The notes under the pieces are model-generated. The model did not search any database. It was given only the letters and a program-made list of their open reading frames with translations, and was not told where the DNA came from. Source: Candidatus Latescibacterota bacterium (lineage in GTDB: Bacteria > Latescibacterota > UBA2968 > GCA-2709665). From it: a stretch of 64,000 bases of DNA. Every line of letters starts with the position of its first letter. The first letter of the stretch is position 1. This document shows, piece by piece, positions 1 through 9,211 of this stretch. The position numbers and the translations under genes are program-made. The stretch lies in contig CBDDDZ010000005.1 in the NCBI GenBank assembly GCA_965226795.1, positions 2,336,001 to 2,400,000 on the forward strand. The letters run 5' to 3'.

Positions 1-39
1 TTTTGGGGTAATGTGGCTGGGAACACTTGCGCCGCTTTC

Positions 40-140
40 GGTTAACGGTTCTTGGCTTTACGACGTGGGCCAGTCCCAAAGGCCCATGTGCCCGCAGGGC
101 CGAGGGGCGGATGCCCCGAAGCGTAAAGCCGGTGTTAGCC
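40..140 (-). repeat. attC-like recombination site 1
   Basis: + strand GGTTAAC(40-46)...GTTAGCC(134-140); inner stem GGCTTTACG(54-62)/CGTAAAGCC(122-130); follows the 3' end of the PhyH gene. Confidence 0.8.
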
Positions 141-219
141 GTCGTTATTAATTCGTATCCGTTCATTGTCGGGGCCTTATGTATCAAAATGTAGCCGCTA
201 ACTCATTCAGACAGACTTC

Positions 220-1140
220 TCATTCACCAAAAAACGGGTACGGCTCGCCGGCTTCCACCAGCCTTTGTACCAGACTCGAGTACTTCAACACCTCCGTCAG
301 CCGGGCGCGCCAATGCGGGGCGTAGAAGCCGACGAATTCCTGGAAGAACGCTCGCGCATCCTCACTGACGCCATCGAAGTATTGCGGCAGCAAAAACCAT
401 GGCTGGTCACTGGCGTAGTTCAGCCCCCGCTGGCGCATCGCGAACTCTGCGGCGGCCCGTTTTTTTACCGAGATCATCAACGAGCGCCTGAGCTTGTCGG
501 TGTGATAGCGGCCCCGATGAATGCACAACTGGGTAAACAGCACCGCGTCACCGGGTTCCTGGTGGAGACGAACGGCGCCAGGCATATCGTTCGAGCGGTT
601 GTGGATCCCATCATCGGCGACGCAGATCGCGTGCTCTTCGGGGGAGTAGTCACGCAGGTGAGACCCCGGCACCACTTCGAGATCGTCGGTAGGGACCAAT
701 GCGATTTGCATCTGCAACCCGGCTCCGGTCTCCGGTCTCCGGGATACGTCTGCTTCTGCACCGATCTTGTCCTTGTGCCAAAATCCGTCCTGGCTTTCTC
801 CGGTCGGATTACAGTAGAGACTGCTCAAGGCGAAGAGGAATTCTTCATCCAAGGCTGCGCTCAGCGATTCGACAACTTGGGGCGACCCCATGGCATTGAG
901 CAGAAAGGCGAGATCGTCGGGGTGATCGCGGTGATATTCCGGGTCGTTCAGGTGCCTCATGTAATTGGCCTGGGGCCCCACCGGTGGATTGTCACAGCGA
1001 GGAGCGCGCCGCCACTGTTCCAGCACTCGCTCACAGATCTCGCGCAGCCGTTTTGTCGTCGCTGCGTCGAACAAACCGCGCACCACGGCGTAAGAGTGGT
1101 GGCGTAGCTGCCCAGGGCAGGGTTCAGTAGCAATACTCAT
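220..1140 (-). CDS. Phytanoyl-CoA dioxygenase (PhyH) family Fe(II)/2OG dioxygenase, cassette-borne
   Basis: WHKD (HxD), LEVVPGSH and PGDAVLF...HRG motifs; RBS GAGGA upstream. Confidence 0.85.
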   Translation of the reverse strand: MSIATEPCPGQLRHHSYAVVRGLFDAATTKRLREICERVLEQWRRAPRCDNPPVGPQANYMRHLNDPEYHRDHPDDLAFLLNAMGSPQVVESLSAALDEEFLFALSSLYCNPTGESQDGFWHKDKIGAEADVSRRPETGAGLQMQIALVPTDDLEVVPGSHLRDYSPEEHAICVADDGIHNRSNDMPGAVRLHQEPGDAVLFTQLCIHRGRYHTDKLRRSLMISVKKRAAAEFAMRQRGLNYASDQPWFLLPQYFDGVSEDARAFFQEFVGFYAPHWRARLTEVLKYSSLVQRLVEAGEPYPFFGE

Positions 1141-1251
1141 TATATCCTCTTGTGTTGCTGTAAGAATTGCGTCGCAATTGGACTGTAAAAGTGCGGACAG
1201 GCTGTCTCGTGCTGTCTAACTACGTATGGAAATCAATGCTCTATTAATTGC

Positions 1252-1335
1252 GGCTAACGTTTTCGCCGTGCCCGAACCGCGAAGCGGTTGCGCGAAGGGC
1301 CGTATGGCCCGTAGCCGGGCACGGACGTGTTATGT
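1252..1335 (-). repeat. attC-like site 2
   Basis: GGCTAAC...GTTATGT; stem CCGTGCCCG/CGGGCACGG; sub-hairpins AACCGC-GAA-GCGGTT and GGGCC-GTAT-GGCCC. Confidence 0.85.
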
Positions 1336-1454
1336 GTTGTGCCAGCCGGGGGGCGGGGGCGGCCTTGCCACGGATGGCAAGGCCGCTTTGTCGCTGAAAC
1401 AGAATTTCCGCTAAATGAATTATTCAGCGGAAATCTTGAAAGAAGAACGAGGGA

Positions 1455-1625
1455 TTATGTCTCCCGTTTCACCGATTCTTCTCTACTTTTCCGCACCAGC
1501 TTCTCAGGATGCTCTTTCTGGCGTCTTATGTAATACGCCACCAATTTCTCTGGGTCGTGATCACATTGCTCCGAAATCCTATGACGCACTTCACGAATCC
1601 TACGAATGGTCGGATCATCTTTCAT
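1455..1625 (-). CDS. 56-aa protein overlapping the PIN toxin stop; probable antitoxin (not in ORF track)
   Basis: Manual translation MKDDPTIRRIREVRHRISEQCDHDPEKLVAYYIRRQKEHPEKLVRKSREESVKRET*; start overlaps 3' end of PIN gene. Confidence 0.65.
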   Translation of the reverse strand: MKDDPTIRRIREVRHRISEQCDHDPEKLVAYYIRRQKEHPEKLVRKSREESVKRET

Positions 1626-2100
1626 CTTCAATATCTCCTAGGAGTTCCAGCGGAGTCACCAACGTGGGCACATATAAGCCAAGAATAGTGTTGACTCGCT
1701 TGATGTGGGCAAACTTATTCGCGTTAGCCAGATGATTGCAATTCCATGTGAGCAAAAATTCACACTTATGATAAGAGGCTGTCGCAAGATGGAGTGCATC
1801 GCCCAGGGGATCATTAGGCATCATCTGGTGTTGGATATATGCTTCTACAATCTCAGCGATTTCTCGTTCAATTGGCAGCAGTGGCAAAGGAGCAACCAGG
1901 GCCAATACTCGGTCCTTGTTAGGATACTCTCCTCCACTGAGTTCATCGATAACCGCTTCACTGGTGAAAATCTCATAACCCTCACGCCGTTCGTCCCACC
2001 ACTGGCGTGTCCAAGTCCGCTTTGCAGCCATCTCGGGTTCTGTACGTGTTTCGTAATAGAAACTGGGAATAGATATCTCGATGTAGACCTTAGGAATCAT
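1615..2100 (-). CDS. PIN-domain (VapC-like) toxin
   Basis: VYIE(T/I)SIPS start, SEAVIDEL, DALHLA, LLTWNCNHLAN PIN motifs. Confidence 0.85.
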   Translation of the reverse strand: MIPKVYIEISIPSFYYETRTEPEMAAKRTWTRQWWDERREGYEIFTSEAVIDELSGGEYPNKDRVLALVAPLPLLPIEREIAEIVEAYIQHQMMPNDPLGDALHLATASYHKCEFLLTWNCNHLANANKFAHIKRVNTILGLYVPTLVTPLELLGDIEDER

Positions 2101-2290
2101 TATATATCATATTGTTTTTAATATGGTAAAGACGGTTCAATTCTGCTGCGATTGGTCACCTATAGACCTGCTATAAATCTACATATCTTAATTAAGTTCT
2201 TCAAGCGAAATTTCCGCTACTGAAGAACGTAGTGAGATTCTCTTGGGCGGCCAGGACGGCCGCCTGCTTTTGGAGGAAGGCTGGCATGGC

Positions 2291-2378
2291 TTATAACGTT
2301 CCCGCGGGCTGCGAACCTGCGCCAGCAGGTTGCTGCGGAGGCCCGAAAGGGCCGGAGCCGCAGCCCGACGTGTTAGCT
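2291..2378 (-). repeat. attC-like site 3
   Basis: TTATAAC...GTTAGCT; stem CGGGCTGCG/CGCAGCCCG; very similar to site 12 (22980-23068). Confidence 0.88.
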
Positions 2379-2439
2379 GCAGTTGTCCCTAGCTAATGCG
2401 ATGCGTTAAGAATCTCGAAGTCGTCTTCAGTGTTTTTTA

Positions 2440-2979
2440 TTAAACGTTTTTGGTTGCCCGAATTCGAGCGAGTAAAACCGGAACCCAATGATCGCCGTAC
2501 CGAGTGCGAAGGATTGTTGACATCCAATCCTCTCCGGTAATCAGACCGCGGCACTCGGATGAATCACAATTGCAGTTCATCGCGAACTCAAAACTATCCG
2601 CCTGCGTGGCATAGTCTACTGAAATCTCTTCGTTTTTTAGTATGTCTCTCCGGGATTCCAGAGTGAAGGCATCAACGTGCCAAACAGTCGGATCACAGCT
2701 GTGATTCAAGAAATGGACTTGCTGTCTCGGTACAATGAACAGATCAAGACCTTCAGCAACGCTGATACTGTCAACGTAAGGCAGATCAGGGTTGCTTTCT
2801 CTTGCGGAGATCATCTTCAGCAGGTTATCTCGAGAGATAATCTCGCCGCCGAACTGCAGAATCCTCGTGCCGGCAGTGATTAAGGTCTCAGCGAAAAGAC
2901 CGGATCCCTCAATCTCGGATCTTCGGACTCCCACTTCGCTATGCAACCAACACTTCGATGGGGGTTGAGGTGTTTTCAC
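2440..2979 (-). CDS. SET-domain protein (putative lysine methyltransferase) with post-SET Cys cluster
   Basis: GSGLFA, FLNHSCDP, EEISVDY, CNCDSSEC. Confidence 0.9.
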   Translation of the reverse strand: MKTPQPPSKCWLHSEVGVRRSEIEGSGLFAETLITAGTRILQFGGEIISRDNLLKMISARESNPDLPYVDSISVAEGLDLFIVPRQQVHFLNHSCDPTVWHVDAFTLESRRDILKNEEISVDYATQADSFEFAMNCNCDSSECRGLITGEDWMSTILRTRYGDHWVPVLLARIRATKNV

Positions 2980-3008
2980 GTAGACATCGCGATCTCTGGG
3001 GCAATTGC

Positions 3009-3160
3009 AGATAACGTTCCCGGGCTATACGACGTTCCCCGGTCCGGCGAAGCCGGATTGGCGCGGCGCTTGCGTCTCTCAGCAAGCGACGTGACAAAGG
3101 GGAATGTGCCCGAAGGGCCGGAGGGAGCGAAGCGACCGGAGCGAATAGCCCGTGTTAGCA
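3009..3160 (-). repeat. attC-like site 4 (long, multi-branched)
   Basis: AGATAAC...GTTAGCA; stem CGGGCTAT/ATAGCCCG; sub-hairpins TCCGGC-GAA-GCCGGA and CGCTTGC/GCAAGCG. Confidence 0.85.
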
Positions 3161-3714
3161 GAAGTCGCATCGGGGTGGCGCCCCTCTCGGTCCTGGAGAT
3201 CGGGGCGTACATACAGCGTGCGACATAGGTTTGGTTCCTCTCATCTGATTGGGATGACCTGAGATCCGATTCGAAAAAATGGTTTAGCCCTAGGCAATAC
3301 CGAAGAGATCACGACATCTCTCCAAAACCTTCACGTCAGGACCAGCAAGGGCAGTGGCCCCTCCAAGCGGCACGCGAGCAAAGTGATCCCGAACTTAGCG
3401 GCATGCCCTCTGGGTAGGGGCGCAGCCTTCGGCATAGTCAAGTCATTAGCAAGTGAGCTTTTGGACAAGACGAAGGTGCATTCCGCCGGATATTCAGTTT
3501 TCTCCGTCGCCTTTTCGCCACTTCGATAGGTGTAAAAATCAAGCAACCGGTGTGACACAGGCCAATGTGTGGGTAGTGGTGTTGAGGTGGGTCCAGGAGC
3601 GCTTTATTTTGCGACGGCGCTCATGGCCCGACAATACAGATCTTCTACGTCGATGTCCGAGGCCGTCACTTCGGAGCACCACGCACGAAGTGTATGGGAG
3701 GCTCGATATGTTCG

Positions 3715-3834
3715 CTACGGCTCAAGTGATTCCTGATTGCGTTCCCGAATCCGCTTAGGTCTTCGAAATAAGAAATAGATAGAAGCACCAAGGACATTGG
3801 AGCCAAGAATTGTAATGCCCCAACCCAACTTCTG
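3715..3834 (-). pseudogene. C-terminal fragment of a PLDc_N-like small membrane protein
   Basis: Manual translation QKLGWGITILGSNVLGASIYFLFRRPKRIRERNQESLEP*; no start in frame. Confidence 0.45.
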
Positions 3835-4201
3835 CCCAGGCTACCACTGACATTGACGGGCGCCCAATGCCAGCAACAGCATGATGCGCTCGCAGGGGCA
3901 GATCAGAGACCCGAGGAAACGCGAGAAGACAGGACCAGGATGGCAACAAATGGTCAAGTCTCCCTTACGTGTCATATCTCTCTGAACGATACGTAAGGGG
4001 TCTCCTGATGTCAATGTGCCAGGGAGGAAACGCCGGCCGGGGATCAGGGCCTGTGGCGTCCGTTGCCAAGGGGTCGCGGCGGATCGGGCCTTCCGGCGCA
4101 TTGGGTGAATCACGTTGTGATTAGCCGGTTCCTGGGGACGTCGATTCCCCGAGTCGGCGAAGCGACGAATCCCGCAGATAAGTCCCGCAACGGGCGCATG
4201 C

Positions 4202-5578
4202 CTACCTGCTGAACGCGTCGGGCCTGCTGGAGTCCGAGGGCCAGTACCCGTCGCGGCTCGGGTGCCAGCGCTTGCCGCACAGGTCGGAGATCACGCTCCA
4301 TTCGGGGGCGCTCAGATCAGGGTCCGGCTGGAACAGGAAGCGCTGCAGGCCGGCCCGCTCGGAGGCGGTCAGGATGCCGTGCAGGTCGCGGGCGGTCATG
4401 GGCTCGCCCCCGTGCGGACGGCGCCCCGTCGACACCCAGGCGATCACCTTGTTCACATCCCCGATGGCCTCCAGCGCTCGGCGCGTCTCGTTGTACACCA
4501 GCTCCGAGTAGAACTCCTCGGGGAACCCCAGTTCCATGTCCGCCAGGGTCTGCACCCCGGGAAGCTCCAGCCCCAGGAAGGCCTTGACCACGGCGAAGCC
4601 GTCTGCCTCCAACAGGGTCGGGTTCCAGTCCAGGACCTGCTGCACCCAGCGGGCCATGGTGCCGTAGAGGCCGTCATTCCCGCGGTGCCAGAAGTAGTGC
4701 TTGGGGAAGACGTAGTCGAAGTACTCCGCCATCTCGCCAAATTCGTGCCCGGTCAGTGACGAGAAAGCGGCGGTGCGCGGAATGCCCCCCAGCTCCACCT
4801 TCCCTCCCACTCTCTGCATCTGCGCGTGCACGGCGCGCATGAACCCCCGCGCCGCTTCGCGGCGGGCGCGCAGCCAGTACAGGGCATCCTCGTTCAGGTC
4901 GAACAGGTTCAGTGCCCCCAGCATGCCGCCGGACGCGTGGTAGCGCACCAGATCCGGAGTCAGGTTGTGGAAACGCTCGTTCAGGTGCGCCATGCCGCGG
5001 GCGACGCGCTCCACATCGGCGCCGATGGCTTCCAGGCGGTGCCGCATGCGACCGTCCAGTTCCAGTAGGGCCTTACCCCGATGGAAGGCAAGTTCGTAGA
5101 AGGTCTCACCGGGCTGGTCCAGGATGACGCCGTGGGCCTGGGGATAGGCACTGGCCAGGTCGTGCACCCCGGCGGCCACCTCGATGGCCCCGAAAGGGTC
5201 CTCCTCCTCGGCTAGGCCGCTGGTGGTACCCTGGCCCCGCTGGTAGAGCAGCCGGAGCCCGTCTCTGGAGTCGAAGATCATGATGTGCCAGCCCCGGGAG
5301 GCGGCGTTGTCGAGGAGCGCGTGGAGCTGCTTCTCCCTCTCGGGGGTGCGGGCCGTTTCCGGGGGCGGCTTGATGCCGAACGCGGCGTACACCTTTGGGT
5401 CCGCCGCAAACGAGGGGGTGAGGGTGTCCCCCCACAACGGCATGCCGGCCTCGTTCCTGAGCCACATCCGTCCCACCACGATGCCGCCCACCCCTCCCGC
5501 CTCCCACGCGTCGAAGATGCGCGGGTAGTCGTCCAGCCAGTGCTCCAGGGGATTGTGCACGAAGATCCAGGGTACCAT
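4202..5578 (-). CDS. Hypothetical 458-aa protein, paralogue of 16927-18240
   Basis: Long high-GC ORF with RBS GAGGT; shares FPKHYFWHRG and AWVSTGRRPHGG blocks with the 437-aa ORF. Confidence 0.85.
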   Translation of the reverse strand: MVPWIFVHNPLEHWLDDYPRIFDAWEAGGVGGIVVGRMWLRNEAGMPLWGDTLTPSFAADPKVYAAFGIKPPPETARTPEREKQLHALLDNAASRGWHIMIFDSRDGLRLLYQRGQGTTSGLAEEEDPFGAIEVAAGVHDLASAYPQAHGVILDQPGETFYELAFHRGKALLELDGRMRHRLEAIGADVERVARGMAHLNERFHNLTPDLVRYHASGGMLGALNLFDLNEDALYWLRARREAARGFMRAVHAQMQRVGGKVELGGIPRTAAFSSLTGHEFGEMAEYFDYVFPKHYFWHRGNDGLYGTMARWVQQVLDWNPTLLEADGFAVVKAFLGLELPGVQTLADMELGFPEEFYSELVYNETRRALEAIGDVNKVIAWVSTGRRPHGGEPMTARDLHGILTASERAGLQRFLFQPDPDLSAPEWSVISDLCGKRWHPSRDGYWPSDSSRPDAFSR

Positions 5579-5598
5579 CGCGTCACCTCTCTCTGGGG

Positions 5599-5715
5599 TT
5601 ACCCCAGTTTAGTGGACGGTTCCTTAACTGCACATTCAATGAGCATCCACAGCCAGAAACCTATCATGCCCAAGAGGAGGACAAGCAGGATTTCCCAAAG
5701 ACCTATGCCGAACAT
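5599..5715 (-). pseudogene. N-terminal fragment of a PLDc_N-like small membrane protein
   Basis: MFGIGLWEILLVLLLGMIGFWLWMLIECAVKEPSTKLG*; RBS GGGAGG. Confidence 0.5.
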
Positions 5716-5906
5716 TCTCGCCTCCCTTGTTTTCGGTCAATCGAATGGTTGATAATTATCTCGAGCTTTGGATTTAGGGAAGATCTGACTCGGGATTTCT
5801 CCGCTGTCGCATAAATCCAAGTATAGGAACGAGTGTTGATGGTGGGGAGGGTGGGGCTATTTTTGCACGCAATCACGGTTCTTCTGGGGGTGGTGGGGGC
5901 GATTTC

Positions 5907-6040
5907 TGCTAACTACGGTATTACCGAACAGTTACGGTAATGCGTACCTGATCCGAAGATCTGCGAACGTTCGGGAACATTCCACGCTGAAGCTTGTAGC
6001 CCGAACATGTTCAGGAATGCTTCCTATGGTGGCATCGTCT
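5907..6040 (-). other. attI-like site, copy B
   Basis: Near-identical to 23814-23947; similarity stops at the TAAC (GTT core on minus strand). Confidence 0.75.
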
Positions 6041-6295
6041 CTAATCAAAAACTGCCTCCCTTTCTTCCATCAATGCATCCAGCGGGCTCTGGATTTTCGC
6101 GAGATCCCGATTCGTCACCCGAGTATAGATCTGTGTGGTCTTTGGGCTTACGTGCCCGAGCAACACCTGGATATATCGCAGGTCCGTCCCGCGTTCAAGC
6201 AGGTGTGTCGCAAAGGAATGCCGTAGCGTCGGTATCCGCTGGACAATTTTCGCTTTCTCGCAAGCCCAGTCAAACGCGGTCTGTACCGACCTCTC
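6041..6295 (-). pseudogene. Truncated second copy of the tyrosine recombinase C-terminus
   Basis: Nucleotide match to 23948-~24208; translates ...[38 protein letters not shown]...SPLDAL; a 6-nt deletion removes the His of HxxR. Confidence 0.9.
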
Positions 6296-6608
6296 CCTGT
6301 GCTATCGGATTTCGCCAACCCATTGCGCCCAAAAAACGGGAGCAACTTAGTCGTGAAACTGAAATCCCAAGTCTCAAATATCGCCACTCACTCGAACCGC
6401 ATCCATTCAACAATATCATCGAGAGCCTTGTCTTGATAGCTCACCGCGTCCTCCCGTCCTACAAAGCCATGAACAAAATCCGTGGAGGCAGTCGCCTTCC
6501 TTGGATCATCATTCCACACGTGATACTCCCTCAGCCCAATTACCGTCGTGGGCATACACATTATACGGGCTGACAATGCACTTGAAATCCAGCAGTATGC
6601 ATAGTTCG

Positions 6609-7040
6609 TCAGTTGTCGATCAGAGCTTGCCTGATCCGTTCTGCATATGAATCCAACTCTTGATCAGGTAGACGATCTAACCACCGTGGATAAACTCTCA
6701 ATAAACCATCGTCTATCATCCTTGGGTGGATATGAAAATGCACATGGGGGACTTCCTGGTGAGCGCCTGGCCCATTGCTCTGCCATATGCTTAATCCGTC
6801 AAGCGCGAATGCTTTTTTGACGGTTTGAGAAAGTAGGATCATAGCTTTCATAATCCCGAATCCTGCTTCCTCTGACAGGGCATAGATGTCCTGAAAGTGC
6901 TCTTTGGGAATGACCAGAATGTGCCCAGGAATTGCTTGCCTTGGATCTATCATCGCGATGACAGAGTCCGTCTCGTATACAATCCTTGCGCTCTTAGTTC
7001 CTTCCACGATCTCACAGAAAACACATTTCGTTTCATCCAT
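6609..7040 (-). CDS. HIT family nucleotide hydrolase
   Basis: MDETKCVFCEIV, PGHILVIPK, HVHFHIHP histidine triad. Confidence 0.92.
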   Translation of the reverse strand: MDETKCVFCEIVEGTKSARIVYETDSVIAMIDPRQAIPGHILVIPKEHFQDIYALSEEAGFGIMKAMILLSQTVKKAFALDGLSIWQSNGPGAHQEVPHVHFHIHPRMIDDGLLRVYPRWLDRLPDQELDSYAERIRQALIDN

Positions 7041-7136
7041 CCAGTCCCCACATTGCTTTGTGAAAAAGTTATTATGACATACGAAAAAGGAACCCCACGG
7101 TAGTCGGTGTGTGCCATTCTTTGATTTCTTGCGTGC

Positions 7137-7219
7137 AGTCAACGATCTCACGGGCCGTGAACCTGCGAAGCAGGTTGGGGGACGGGCGTAAACCCGAAGG
7201 CGGGGGCACGGTGTTAGAC
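7137..7219 (-). repeat. attC-like site 5 (somewhat degenerate)
   Basis: AGTCAAC...GTTAGAC; AACCTGC-GAA-GCAGGTT sub-hairpin as in sites 3, 10 and 12. Confidence 0.7.
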
Positions 7220-7255
7220 CTCGGGCAGTTTCGGAGAATGTCCCTACACCTTGGC

Positions 7256-7654
7256 CTATACGAATACTGAGGGCGAGACGCCAAATCGCCTGGACAAAGC
7301 ACGTATCTGCCGGACGTTTAGCTCTCGCTTACCTTCCAGAATCTCAGAAACCACCCCTTGCGAACCCACCTCCGGCAAATCCGACTGGGTCAATTCATGC
7401 TCCTCGATGAGAAGCCGGAGCGGATCGGCGCCCTCCAACCTGGGCATGGAATGGTGTTGTTCTTCCCAAGCGTGGACAATGGTGCCCAACGTATCGAGCA
7501 GAGAATAAAGCGGATGCCGTTCATCAGTGCCTACTTCATCGATCAGGCTGTTGAGCCGCGCCAGGGCCAGGTCGTATTCCTGCTCATTCTGAATCTTGAG
7601 TAACGCACTCACTTGCGTCCAGGATCGCTGAAGCTGTGGGGTAATGACACTCAT
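7256..7654 (-). CDS. higA: HigA-type HTH antitoxin
   Basis: IQNEQEYD...LTQSDLPEVGSQGVVSEILEGKRELN; ATGA overlap with the toxin stop. Confidence 0.88.
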   Translation of the reverse strand: MSVITPQLQRSWTQVSALLKIQNEQEYDLALARLNSLIDEVGTDERHPLYSLLDTLGTIVHAWEEQHHSMPRLEGADPLRLLIEEHELTQSDLPEVGSQGVVSEILEGKRELNVRQIRALSRRFGVSPSVFV

Positions 7655-7938
7655 GTCCTCCATCCTCCACGGTCGTAGGCTTGGTGTGTAAGCACATGAC
7701 GGATGTATACTTTGCCCCGGTTGAAGTGTATAGATACAATAAGACGTTACTTGCTGCCGGCGATGTTGAACACAACGAATTCGCCGACCTTGTCGGCCGA
7801 AGGAAAGGTGTGGCGCAATGCCGCGAAACTCCCAAACTGAGTTTGCCGCATGATCTTGAACCAGCGACTCAGAGGCTTCTCGCTTTCGGGATGCCGTGCC
7901 CAAAACGCTCGGAGGGCTTTGCGTGAGATTACGTGCAC
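7651..7938 (-). pseudogene. higB: HigB toxin with an internal nonsense codon
   Basis: MHVISRKAL...VFNIAGSK*RLIVSIHFNRGKVYIRHVLTHQAYDRGGWRT*; TAA at 7747-7749 where Tyr is usual. Confidence 0.85.
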
Positions 7939-8029
7939 CTACATAATATATCGTAATAAGCGATATGCCGCAAATATCCTGCCCCGCGTCCCAATCCACG
8001 GGCCTGACTCGACGCCATTGCTGCCTTTC

Positions 8030-8129
8030 GTCTAACCTTCTGGCCACTCGCGCATCCGCGTAGCGGGTTGCCGAATGGCCGACGGAGCGTCGCGACAGCA
8101 GCGCTCCCCGATAGAGCGAAGCATTAGAG
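8030..8129 (-). repeat. attC-like site 6 (degenerate)
   Basis: GTCTAAC left end, CCGC-GTA-GCGG hairpin; right end reads ATTAGAG instead of GTTAGAG. Confidence 0.55.
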
Positions 8130-8176
8130 CGGCTGACCTTCAACGCACACCATTGGAATTTTGTCTCGCTCTGAAA

Positions 8177-8411
8177 TTATCGCTGTACCCTGACATTGCC
8201 GATCGACACCTCAAAGGACTCAAATTTCGGCTCCTGCATTGTTGAAAGTTCCTTGTGCGCCGACTTGCAGAGGTTGTGGATGGTCCTTAGTCGGAAGTCG
8301 GCACATTCCAGAGGGTACCTGTAACACCTCGGATACTCTCTGGCAAACCTACAGAACTCGCCATACTTATCCGCATCCTTCCCTTCGAGTTCTCGCCATA
8401 TTGTATCCATG
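8177..8411 (-). CDS. Hypothetical protein, probably a fragment
   Basis: Short ORF (MDTIWRELEG...) between two attC-like sites; no recognisable motif. Confidence 0.3.
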
Positions 8412-8526
8412 GTCAAGACGACCCCAGGGGATCCCCGACGCATTGAATGCAAGCTGAGAATAGGATGGATTCCCGTGCTGTAACCTGGAAGGCTCATGTT
8501 GTCAGATTGGCTCGGAGTCTGATTGC

Positions 8527-8683
8527 AGCTAACGTTTGGCGTCTGCGAAGGGGACTGGCCCGGGGAAGCCGGATTGGCGCATTGCGACGAGGTCGTGAAG
8601 GGTGATGAAGTAGACGCGATGGCCGGCTTCGAGTGCTTTGAGTGCCAGTCCGATAGCCAGGTCGGGTGCAGCGTGTGTTAGGC
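8527..8683 (-). repeat. attC-like site 7
   Basis: AGCTAAC...GTTAGGC; stop codon TAA of the HAD fragment lies inside the R''-like GCCTAAC. Confidence 0.7.
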
Positions 8684-9200
8684 AGCCCCTGTCCAATCCT
8701 CCCGAATGAACTTCGCAACGCTATCCTCGTTGTTGCTGCCAATCACTTCGGTGGCATGCCTCTTCACTTCATCTGTTGCATTCGAGACGACAATCGCGCG
8801 GTCAGCCATTTGAAGCATACGAATATCGTTGTCACCATCTCCGAACACCACTAGCTCTGATCCTTCCAGACCCCACTCTCGCATCACAATGCGAATAGCC
8901 TGGTCTTTTGTGGCCTTCTCATCGTGCACTGTCAACCAGTACCATCCAGGAGAATACCAATTCTCGAAGCAATGTGTCTCCACCGCACCATTGCACCTTG
9001 TTTTGATTGCGCCTTCCAATTCCTGCAATGGCCCACCTCGCCCGATTATGGTCAGACGGATCACTTTGTCATGGAACGACTGCCTCACGTCGTCCACAAG
9101 GCGCAAACGTCCATCACCTTGATGATCATCCGTTGCGGATCACCTCGAACTGGATCGGATTGACTTCGGTCTTCGCATGCAACTACGGAATCTCCTTTAA
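8678..9200 (-). pseudogene. Cof-like HAD-IIB hydrolase, C-terminal fragment
   Basis: ATKDQAI, VVFGDGDNDIRM, SNA motifs; N-terminal DxD absent, cut off by the Kelch gene. Confidence 0.75.
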
Positions 9201-9211
9201 GAAATGCCCTG

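Noticed and set aside
6300..6590. Short ORFs between the integrase remnant and HIT
   Set aside because: Interrupted by stops and no family recognised; left uncalled
7256..8143. 295-aa ORF as one protein
   Set aside because: Upstream part crosses an attC and overlaps higB out of frame; real start is 7654
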